DNA of 64,000 nt from Octopus vulgaris. Taxonomy: Eukaryota. Position 1 is the first letter of the stretch; the number at the start of each line of letters is the position of its first letter. The stretch lies in NCBI GenBank assembly GCA_951406725.2, contig OX597825.1:8370001-8434000 (forward strand). Reading direction: 5' to 3'. The position numbers and the translations under genes were made by a program. Positions 53,316 through 64,000 of the stretch are shown here, one piece after another. The notes under the pieces are model-generated. The model worked only from the letters and a program-made list of their open reading frames with translations, was not told the origin of the DNA and ran no database searches.

Positions 53316-54533
53316 TTACGTCAGTTCTCGACGTATGATAAATTAAATTACTCGGAAAATGTATATGTTAATTAGTTGTATATAACCGTTTACAATTTGA
53401 ATAACATTGCATTTCAACCTATTCTGCACGTATAAAGTTTGGTTTAACCACTGATCTTTATTCGTTGAACAACTCAACTAATTGCACTTGGCTTTATTGG
53501 CTCATTGGAATTAATTATTTCAACCATTCTTCAAGCAAAGCCATAAGGCATTGGTACTTAGGAAACATGCGGTGATTAATATGCACTCTCCTTTGTTCAT
53601 TAATATAACATAATCTTTAATGATAAGTATTAACCAAAGACAGTAATGAGCTTGTATTAGCAATGGATAATTTACAATTATATGCACAAGTTTAGTACGT
53701 ATGTATTTAGCATTGGTGAACACAATTTAACTGGAGGTCTTTCGGTGAAGATCGGATAGAAATATCGACTAAACCGCTCTGGCAATGAAAGGTACATCCG
53801 GGGAATTACTTGATCAGAGAGATTCCTCGGTTTAATCACGGACAATATTTGCACAGAGAAGTTGTATGTTGATTTAGCGGAGGAGAGGAGTCGATCTCAT
53901 TATTTGATAAGCATTTTGTATATCGACTAAACAGGGATGGAAGACATCGTTAATGGCGTCCACTTGATTTGGACTCAGAGCGCCTGGAGCTGGAACAAAT
54001 TCCGGAAGATATTTCATCCGGTTCTTAAACAAATCTGCAATTTTGTTGCTTGTTGATGTATACCACAATGATATACAATTCCCTAATTGAAACATGTTCA
54101 ATGTGTTTTGCTACTTCGAAATCATTTTTCAAAGAAAATCTAAATAACAGGTTAGACATACCGAAGAAATAATTAGTCTAAGGTCACTGAAGGCATAAAG
54201 TTTCAATGATTCTTTTACACTTGTATGGATTGAAGTATAATTGCTAACTTAATTAATTCCTGACAGGAATAAAATGTGAAATCTATAACAAACAATTAAA
54301 CATGGGTGTGGGAGAATTTGCAAAAGATTCCCTGCGGATATTTCTGTGAAAGAAGATAAATATTAGATGCAACGCTATCGTATATGATTAATAATCAACC
54401 TCGGGTGTTTTAAACATTCTTTATCGTTCTGCTGTGGTTCGATGATATTGATCAGTACATGAATATTTATGAAAATGAAGCGCTTGCACGCCCCCCACAC
54501 ACATATATATATATGTATATATATATATATCTG

Positions 54534-54572
<39 letters not shown>

Positions 54573-54743
54573 TTGTGTATATGTATGTATATGCATACAT
54601 ATATATGTATGCATATAGATATGTGTAAGTGCAACTATATGCACCTGTATGCACATATACTTATATGCATATAATATAGTAAATATACAGACATATATAT
54701 ATATATATTTATATGTATATATATATGTATATGTGTGTGTGTG

Positions 54744-54797
<54 letters not shown>

Positions 54798-55568
54798 GTA
54801 GATATATAGATAGAGAGATAGACAGGCAGACGTACATACGTACATCTATACATATATTTAAATTGATAAATAAATGAATATGTACATAATTTGTGTCTGT
54901 GTCTATATGCATGTTTGTAACTGTTTATTTCCATGCAAGTAAATGTGTATTATTGTTGTTGTTATAACCTATTTCTGTCCATGAAGTGTTCGCGAACATA
55001 TTAAAAGAATAATGTAAAAGATAAGATACAAAAGGAAAAGAAAAATAATGCTCAGTGTCATATAGGAAATTTATAAATAATGATACGGAGTACCTCAATA
55101 CAAATGGATAGCAAGAATTAATAGTGTATACCGATAACTGAAATACAAAGATTTTTATAACCACTTATAAACCGATGAATGGTTAATGGCTTCTGTATTA
55201 AAACTCACAATCACTGCTGATAACACTCTAACAAAGATGAACCATAATAATTATGAAGGAAAAATGCAAGTAAAATACGATAGAATCTGAGTTAATGTTA
55301 ACATTGTACCATTGATTATTTGATATAGAATTCTGCTTTGAGAGATTCTATTATATTACGAAATAATATTTGTTTGTAGGTAATTATTAGCATCTCTCTC
55401 TGTATATAGATAATACGAGGCAAATTAGTTATTGAGGAATGGAAACTGGAATTAAGACAGAAGGCTCGGTCTATTCAATGCAAGATAGCGAATCCGTATG
55501 TTTTCCAAACATACAAGCGTTCATTTTGTGTATTATTGCAGTTTTATGAAATGAATCTCTGCATGATA

Positions 55569-55910
55569 TACTCTTTACTCTCTCTTTTACTCTTTTACTT
55601 GTTTCAATCATTTGACTGCGGCCATGCTGGAGCACCGCCTTTTGTCGATGAAATCGACCCCAGGACTTATTCTGTGTAAGCCTAGTACTTACTCTATCGG
55701 TCTCTTTTGCCGAACCGCTAAGTTACAGGGACGTAAACACACCAGCATCGGTTGTCAAGCGATGTTAGGGGGACAAACACAGACACACAAACACATACAC
55801 ATGTATATATACATATACACAACGGGTTTCTTTCAGTTTCCGTCTACCAAATCCACTCACAAGGCTTTGGTCGGTCCGAGGCTGTAGCAGAAGACACTTG
55901 CCCAAGGTGC
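55569..55910 (-). mobile_element. SINE family A, 5' truncated
   Basis: Reverse complement of family A from GCACCTTGGGCAAGTGTC to the tail. Confidence 0.92.
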
Positions 55911-55999
55911 TCGATTTAAAATATTCTGTTTCAATTTTACCTTTTGGATAGAACCTGGCTGCATTGATGTTTGCCCCGACATCTGTTTCGTATTAATTT

Positions 56000-56169
56000 A
56001 GAAATATATCGATCGACATCAAATCGTTGATGCTGCAACGGTGACATCTTCAGTTTAAGTGTCTCTGCTTATTCACCTCTTCAATATTCAACACATCCTG
56101 CAGATCAGTAATTTTAAGCGGGGCTGCTTTGAAGATTACATGGACCTTAATATTTTCACCGGTACAAAT
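56000..56169. repeat. 170-bp direct repeat, copy 1 (copy 2 at 57878-58047)
   Basis: AGAAATATATCGATCGA..GGTGACATCTTCAGTTTAAGTGTCTC..TTTGAAGATTACAT..CCGGTACAAAT present at both loci without gaps. Confidence 0.9.
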
Positions 56170-56302
56170 ATTTTCTCAATCGTGTAAGTGACTACGGTTC
56201 AAATTAAAGCTAGACCATTAAAAAAACTGAAGACATTGCACTAACCATTTTTCCGACGGCCTAAATATTTTGACAGGTGACTGACTGAATAATAATGCTT
56301 TC

Positions 56303-56490
56303 AAATTTTGGGACGAGGTCAGCAATTCGATTAGTTCGATCACAGTACGCAGCTGGTACTTATACTATCGACCTTGAAAAGATAAAAGGTTAAACCGACC
56401 ACAGAGGCCTTTCGACTGAGAACCTAAAAACGAACGAAATACGGCTAGGCGTTTTGTCCGGCGTGCTAACGTTTCTGACAGTTCATCGCC
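56303..56490 (-). mobile_element. SINE family B, diverged
   Basis: CTGGTACTTATACTATCGACC..GAAATACGGCTAGGCGTTTTGTCCGGCGTGCTAACGTTTCTGACAG on +. Confidence 0.75.
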
Positions 56491-56779
56491 TTAACTGACT
56501 GAATAATGATTATAGTAGTGATGTCCTCATTAACTATTAAGTGTATTCAGAAATAGCGAGGGCAGAACAGTATGATACAATACAATGTTAGTTTAAATAA
56601 AGACGTGTAAAGAAACAATTAATAATAAAAAGAAAAAAATCATTCAAATCAGAAAAACTTCCCAAATGAGGTGAAACGTCTGATTGGCTACTAAGGAACG
56701 CTTCACTAAAACTCTCACCCTTTTGGACCAAAATTGAAATGAATTATCTTTACTTGTTACTGTTAATTGTTCCCCCTTT

Positions 56780-57164
56780 CTTATTTCTTTATTGCCCACA
56801 AGGATATAAACATAGAGGGGACAGACAAGGACAGACAAAGGGATTACGTCGGTTACATCAACCCAAGTGCGTAACTGGTACTCAATTTATCGATCCCGAA
56901 AGGATGAAAGGCAAAGTCGACCTCGGCGGAATTTGAACTCAGAACGTAACGGCAGAAGAAATACCTATTTCTTTACTACCCACAAGGGGCTAAACACAGA
57001 GAGGACAAACAAGGACAGATAAAACGGATAATTCGATGATATCGACCCCAGAGTGTGACTGGTACTTCATTTATCGACCCCGAAATGATGAATGGCAAAG
57101 TCGACTTCGGCAGAATTTGAACTCTGAACGTAACGGCAGACGAAATACGGCTACGCATTTCGCC
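56780..57164 (-). mobile_element. SINE family B dimer (tandem period 184 bp)
   Basis: Units begin at 56787 and 56971 on +; same junction as 45270-45680. Confidence 0.9.
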
Positions 57165-57877
57165 TTTTTTTCCTTCTATTCTGTTCTACAGATTACGAAG
57201 CAATATGTTTTAATAGTTGAACAGTTTTCTGAAGTTTTGTGAGTATCCATTACGAACAGAGTTTTAAATAACAATTATTTTCTTTCTTTAAGCTTTGGTT
57301 AAAAAAATTATGAATTATTTGAACATTTAAAAAAAATTTTCCTCTTAACAATATGGTGGCAAGACAAACAATGTAATATAAACCTATTTAATGAAGAGAA
57401 CATTTGTATATTAATCATACTGGCTAGAATTAATACAGGAAAATACGAACATAAATAACTCTTATTTATCTTGTATTCCTGACACTAGAGTATATTTATA
57501 GTCTCGCACAAAAATAATAATATCGAAGGCAACAACGCAAACAAAAAACATTTTAAGTATTCCTCTTTAAACTTCTCGTCAAACAATGAACATTAAAAGT
57601 TAACCATGTACCTGCTGGAAACGAATGTTTAACAGAATTGTTTTACGAAAACTTCGCTCTCCTCGTCCCAAGATTTTCATAAAATATAAAAAAGGCGAAA
57701 ATGCTGTAATAACGTTTCAGGCAAATACGATGTATCTTTTGTAAATCCTGCAAAACTGAATCCAAAGTAACTCTAGCCAGTGGATGGGATGTCGTTTTAT
57801 CTTCTGAACGAATGAATACGTGGGTTGGTGTGCATATTGAATCCTGACAATGAAACTAAGAGACAAGCTGAAGCGTA

Positions 57878-58047
57878 AGAAATATATCGATCGATATCAA
57901 ATCGTTGATGTTGCGGCGGTGACATCTTCAGTTTAAGTGTCTCCACTATTTCACCTCGTCATGGTTTAGCGCATACTGCAGATCACTGATTTTAAGCGGA
58001 GCTGATTTGAAGATTACATAGACCTTGATACTTTCCCCGGTACAAAT
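57878..58047. repeat. 170-bp direct repeat, copy 2
   Basis: See 56000-56169. Confidence 0.9.
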
Positions 58048-58260
58048 CGGCAATATGATCCACTGCCAACAAGGAGATTTCTGGAATTTAACCATGAACC
58101 TCGGCTCGAAATCCTTCGCAACGGATCAGGCAATTGGTCAGAAGTTCAGAATCTCGTCGAGATTGTCGAGGTATGTTATTATTGGTCCTCATAATATATT
58201 TTATAGGAGAGTATCTTTTAGGACTACAAAGTGTTCCAGTTAATTTGATCGTCGAAATAA

Positions 58261-58520
58261 TCTGCTCATGAAGTTAACGTGCAAGTGGCTCAGCACTCCA
58301 CACACACACGTAGATTTAATGTAGTTCGCAGGGAGATTCAGCGTGAAACAGAATGTGATATGGTTGGCCATTTGAATTGCATGTACAACTTACTTTTGCC
58401 AGCTGAATGGAATGGAGCAAGGTGAAATAAAGTGTATTGCTCAAGAGCACAACGTGCCGCCAGGGAGCGAACTCAGGATCTTACGAGTGTGAGCCGAATA
58501 CCCTAAGCAATAAGCCATGC
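58261..58520 (-). mobile_element. tRNA-derived CORE-type SINE, family C
   Basis: Minus strand GCATGGCTTATTGCTTAGGG..GAGTTCGCTCCC (B-box-like), then GTTGTGCTCTTGAGCAATACACTTTATTTCACCTTGCTCCA (CORE-like), then a tail shared with the 17866 copy. Confidence 0.8.
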
Positions 58521-60139
58521 TCCAGAATATATTGGTCATCTAAATACATGAATGTAAGGGATGGGTAATGCAACTTATATTAAAACATGACCTGCTTTCC
58601 GATGTATGATGAAATATGTGCAGTTTTTGTAAGTCAATATTTGTGAAGAACGATAAGGGTTTGAAGGGATCAGCAGTACTTTATATCGTGCAAATGCACG
58701 GGAGCATTATATACTGTTAAATTATTATTCGTGCAGAAAAACGGGCGATGAGATGCGTTGTGTAGGGCAGGAACTCGGCTGCAAAACGTCTGTAATAAAA
58801 AGCCATATGTAGGCCTCGTAACCCGAAGTTTTCTAAAAGGACCGCAATTACAAGATTACGACCTGGTGGCCCTTTCCCAAATGCCTCGAAATTGATGGAA
58901 GTGATTGCTATTCATCAGTTCCAGGAATATACTTGGCAACCTACGAGCTTACACTCCCCAAAACTAGTCAGCTTTGGGAGTAAGGGAGAGATGAAGGTTA
59001 ATTATATTTTCGTAATTTCGGATCAATAAAATAAAGTATCAGTTGAGTGACCCTGTATATTTAATCAACTAACGTGCCATCTCATAACTGCGAAATTCCT
59101 GATATGAGGAAAGGTTATGAATATGTTAGAAAAGCTTATGAATTGGTAGAGAGAGAAGATTTTTCGAGTAAATACCAAAACTTGCAATTTTCTTTCTGTA
59201 CATTTTCATTTCAAGTAGACTTGTCATGAATCACTTCGCTGTCAATAGAAAATGCGTAGGCATCGCTTAATTATGATATTTTTGCCTGTCACAATAACAT
59301 AGCTTCTACAAATATGTTTTACCAATAAATCATGACCCTCTCTTACTGTTCTACTCGTAATAACCATTTCCTTTTATCGTTTAGATTTTTGCTTTATTTT
59401 TTACGGAGATATGGAAATATATTCATTCCATGTTAAATCTCCGACTTCAAGGACAATTATACCTTCAATTTGTTTTACGAATTTCTGCTTTGCCTCAAAG
59501 GCATGCAAATGAGAGGGAATCTCGATATAGATTTTAGTAATTAGAGGGTGTTCGATGTAAATCCGTTTCATTTTATTTTAGTTACAGTAACTATAAAAAT
59601 ATGCCCTTTAAGATCGAATAAATCAAGCACAGAGAATTATGAATATAAAAAATATGAATAGAAGACAGATAAATATGGGGAATAGAAAGTAGACTTCTTA
59701 TTGTATTATAATAAATATACATTGTGCGGTATGGGACGTTAATATGTAATTCTTGTTAATTCATTTTCAAGGGGACAAAACCATTTACTTGAGATGTATG
59801 CTTATTTTAAGACAAGATGTTGGTAAAAAACATAATCGATTTGTTTTACTTTTATGTTTCAAGTTAATAAATGACGTTTTTGACAAACATTCCCTCGTTT
59901 ATTTTAGTTTAAACTGAATTGTATCACAGCGATTATATTGTACAATATTAGGAGCTTATGATTAAGGGAACCGGGTTTTACTAACCTAATTGTCATATGA
60001 AGTGATGAATGGATAATATATCGCATCAGAAATTGTGCAATCATTCGCCTAATACTTAAGTGCATCGGGGAGATGACTACAAGATGTTCCAATTACTATA
60101 GTTTGCACGGTTCAAAGTGCAATAACATATTTAATATTA

Positions 60140-60312
60140 GGGCAAACTGCTTAGCGGCTTTACCTCTATTTGTATGTTGTAAGTTCAAATTCTGCCAGGG
60201 TCGATTAGGTCTTCCATCTTTAAAAATAAGTGCCTGTGGTGCACTGAGAAAGATGTAATCGGTTTAGTGCTTCCTTTCTCCGAAATTGCTGGACAAATAT
60301 CAGAATAAGAAA
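60140..60312 (+). mobile_element. SINE family B, old diverged copy
   Basis: TGCTTAGCGGC..AAGTTCAAATTCTGCCAGGGTCGA..CTTCCATC..AAAATAAGTGCC. Confidence 0.55.
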
Positions 60313-60365
60313 TCAATATTAGGGCGACGATGACTGGAAATGAGATAATTTGAAATGGAATGTAT

Positions 60366-60790
60366 GCGCAGGAGTGGCTGTGTGGTAAGTAGCTTGCTAA
60401 CCAAACACATGGTTCCGGGTTCAGTACCACTGCGTGGCATCTTAGGCAAATGTCTTCTGCTATAGCTCCAGGCGGTCCAATGCCCTGTGAGTGGAATTGG
60501 TAGGCGGAAACTGAAAGAAGCCCGTCGTATATATGTATATATATATATGCGTGTGCGTGTATGTTTGTGTGTCTGTGTTTGTCCCCCTAGCATTGCTTGA
60601 CAACCGATGCTGGTGTGTTTACGTCCCCGTCACTTAGCGGTTCGGCAAATGAGACCGATAGAATAAGTACTGGGCTTACAACAGAATAAGTCCCGGGGTC
60701 GAGTTGCTCGATTAAAGGCGGTGCTCCAGCATGGCCGCAGTCAAATGACTGAAACAAGTAAAAGAGTAAAAGAGAGAGAAAGAGAGAGTA
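60366..60790 (+). mobile_element. SINE family A, full length
   Basis: Complete head, internal microsatellite and tail AAAGGCGGTGCTCCAGCATGGCCGCAGTCAAATGACTGAAACAAGTAAAAGAG. Confidence 0.93.
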
Positions 60791-61657
60791 ACGTCTTTTA
60801 TATTCCTCGTCGAAAGCCATTTGCGTTTCATCATAATAATATTATAAGGGACCGCAAAAAATTATTACCTATCACATCTACCATATATTGACATTTACGT
60901 TAATTAGAAGTTTGAAATGGCACACACACACACACACACAAAAAAAAACATTATGATGTTACTAAGTCACATGCAAACCGTTCCTACTGGCTGCCATTCA
61001 ATTATATTACAATGCATTCATTCGTGTATAACATTTTCGTTTTTGTATTGGAATGAGAAGGCATTGGTCGGAATATGGATGCCCTCTCGAAATAATGATT
61101 ATATATAATAAATTTCCAAATAACTGATGTCATGAATTACTAGTCTTTCTTAAATACAGCATTGCTAGTATGAAGTGAGCTGGAATCTCAAAGAAGCACG
61201 CGCATAGATACGTCCACCATCATTAATTATGGAAAATTAATTGAACTGTTTATAGATCAAATAACTTGACGATATTATAGATATCCCTACAACGATGGTT
61301 TACCTAGCAACCTAGCTATAAATTAATTCTTGACTATCTGGCGAACATCATAACACATATCATATTTTATTAACCAAAAAAATATATACGTAGTAGAAAT
61401 GATGGATAACGCGAGAACAAAAGATTGTAACATGTTCATGTATTTTGGGCTTAGCGAATAAGCTGCTGTTGGAGTGCAGATAATATAACGTGAAGGTATG
61501 TTAAAAAACAGCAGAGTTTACGTTGAGTGAAATATACTATGATATATACATATTAATAACTATATTTGTGTGTGTGCGTACAAATGAAAACATATTAGAT
61601 AATAATATATTCATACACAGAAATGCAAACACAAACACACACAAATATACATAAGCC

Positions 61658-61690
<33 letters not shown>

Positions 61691-61691
61691 G

Positions 61692-61740
<49 letters not shown>

Positions 61741-61802
61741 ATATATATACGTATATACATATACATATATATATACATATATATAAATATATATATATAT
61801 AC

Positions 61803-61848
<46 letters not shown>

Positions 61849-61934
61849 ATACAAATATATATACATACGTATATATATGTATGTGTGTGTGTGTGTATTT
61901 ATGGAAATCACCAGTGCAAGTTACTCAGTACCTT

Positions 61935-61993
<59 letters not shown>

Positions 61994-62050
61994 GTGTGTG
62001 TGCGTGCGTATGTGTGTAAGTGTTTGTGAACACGCATGTGTGTGTGTGTC
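61658..62050. repeat. (TA)n/(TG)n tract
   Basis: Read directly. Confidence 0.9.
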
Positions 62051-62610
62051 AATATATTCATATTTATATATCTGAATAAATAAGTATATGTGTACATGCT
62101 TTCCTTTATATGTACGTGTATATATATATATATATATATATATAGTACACAGATACTCGCAACCTAACGCTCACATAAACATATATTTAAATCGCGACAC
62201 ACGCACATACAATAGGAAATAATGTTTTGGTTTGCGTGTGATTTATTGATATATGACTTACTGCTGTTACATAATGAATAAAAAAGATTTATCGATGGAA
62301 AGAAAAAAAGCAGAGAGTTTCCATCCATTGATGTTGAATGCTAGTTCCTTACAAATAGATATATCTTTCGTTCGTTATTGAGTTTGGCTGTTAAGCTGTC
62401 TTTTACTTCGCCCGCATCTCATAAATAATAAGCAATGATATAGCCACAAGCATTGAAGAGAGGAGTAGGCATCCGCTGTCATATTTGCTTTGATACAAGA
62501 CAAACGTAGTGTATAATAAATTAATATAAGATAGTATGCAATAAATTAACTCACCACGGTTGGATATATTAGGCAGGTAGTATTCCGAACATGAGAAACA
62601 GTATACGAGT

Positions 62611-62687
62611 GTATGTATGTATGTATGTATGTATGTATGTATGTATGTATGTATGTATGTATGTATGTATGTATGTATGTATGCATG

Positions 62688-62761
<74 letters not shown>
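62611..62761. repeat. (GTAT)n-(TA)n microsatellite
   Basis: Read directly. Confidence 0.95.
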
Positions 62762-62764
<3 letters not shown>

Positions 62765-62867
62765 AAATAATATATATGTATGTATATTTATATATATACG
62801 TATCTATAGGAATACATCCATTATACATACACACACGTCTGCGTGTATGTGCATATATACATAAATA

Positions 62868-62919
<52 letters not shown>

Positions 62920-63290
62920 TATTATAGTATTTTCTCCTGTGTGGTCTGGAAGATATTTCAATATGTATTCAAAGCGAAAGAAAATATTCATCATAAATTA
63001 TCTAATTGATGATTAAATTTAGATAATTATGAAATATTGCGTGGTAATCTTGTGTGTGTACGCTGCGAAACGTTTCAACGTCAATTAATCTCTCAAATAT
63101 ATCATGAAATTTATATACGAGATCCGTTAACCCATGCTATTTCTGCGTTTCAACTAAAATTCAACATTGAAGTAAATCCAAAAATTGGGCAGTCGATAAT
63201 TTTATATCCTTATTTCTATCTGTATGAAGTTATAGTTTTGTCTGTCTTCCATATACATACATATATACATACACAGACACACACATATAT

Positions 63291-63350
<60 letters not shown>

Positions 63351-63481
63351 CTTCTTCTCCTCCTCCTCATTATTATTATTATTATCATTATTATAATTTA
63401 CTTAAAGACCACCATACACGTATTTAACCGCTACGAATATTTATCTTTCAATAGTTTTTGGTGAATTTTCTATCACAGAAG

Positions 63482-63516
<35 letters not shown>

Positions 63517-63985
63517 GGAAAGGTTGAAACAGCTACTCCCTGGAGAGAAGACGGAAGAGGTATGCAGTAATATATATCTGGAAGATCCTGGAAGTAATTG
63601 TGTCAAATTTTGGCATTGAAAGCTACACCAATAACAAAACGTTACGACACTGCATGGTGCCAAAGGTCCCAGCAATGCCATCACGCTACAGGACCAGTTA
63701 CTGCAACAGCCTGGGTTTCAAGGGCCCACAGCTTTTTAACATTCTCCCAAAGAGTCTGAGGAAATTCCACAAATTAGATGTAGGGGTTTTTAAATCAAAG
63801 CTGGACATCTTCCTGTCGAGAGTCACAGATGAGCCTACCGCACGACAAGAGGTGCAAATGAGAGTAGCTATATCAAACCCCATTCTTCATCAAGTACCAC
63901 ACATTAGAGGAGGCTCCTAGTAATAACAGTGTAGCGCAAAACAGCGGTGTATCAGAATGGCCGCAGATCTTAGCTGAAACTTTAA
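63517..63985 (+). mobile_element. 5'-truncated CR1-type LINE 3' end (RT C-terminus plus 3' UTR)
   Basis: ERLKQL/YSLERRRKRYAVIYIWKILE..NSLGFKGPQLFNILPKSLR..VFKSKLDIFLSRVTDEP..SNPILHQ, stop at 63920, short UTR; flanked by (TA)n. Confidence 0.88.
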
Positions 63986-64000
63986 TATATATATATATAT

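Noticed and set aside
53874-54101. ORF with FVPAPGALSPNQVDAINDVF, faintly like pogo-type DDE transposases
   Set aside because: Catalytic motifs are not recognisable and no TIRs were found.
58990-59060. ..GTGACCCTGTA end resembling a Tc1/mariner TIR
   Set aside because: No matching opposite TIR or transposase remnant was identified.

Overview
AT-rich, microsatellite-saturated eukaryotic DNA, either intronic or intergenic. The SINE repertoire resembles octopus/coleoid cephalopod repeats (inferred from memory of those repeats, not from a search). No intact host protein-coding gene can be supported: nearly all listed ORFs are translations of (TA)n, (CA)n, (AAT)n, (GAT)n or (TATC)n tracts, or of SINEs. 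The window holds more than 25 copies of at least five SINE families, decayed CR1-type LINE fragments, a decayed Chapaev3-type transposase, Tc1/mariner remnants, a non-autonomous Helitron with intact termini, a ~3.1 kb element with long terminal inverted repeats, several fold-back palindromes and Penelope-like element (PLE) remnants. The main finding is five minimal type-I hammerhead-ribozyme motifs in three sequence families (4411-4462, 24163-24208, 36656-36701, 37121-37166, 45855-45892). One family forms the 3' tail of an element with a tRNA-like Pol III head and an internal microsatellite, inserted as an inverted duplication. It is a candidate hammerhead-bearing SINE/retrozyme mobilised by a Penelope-like element.
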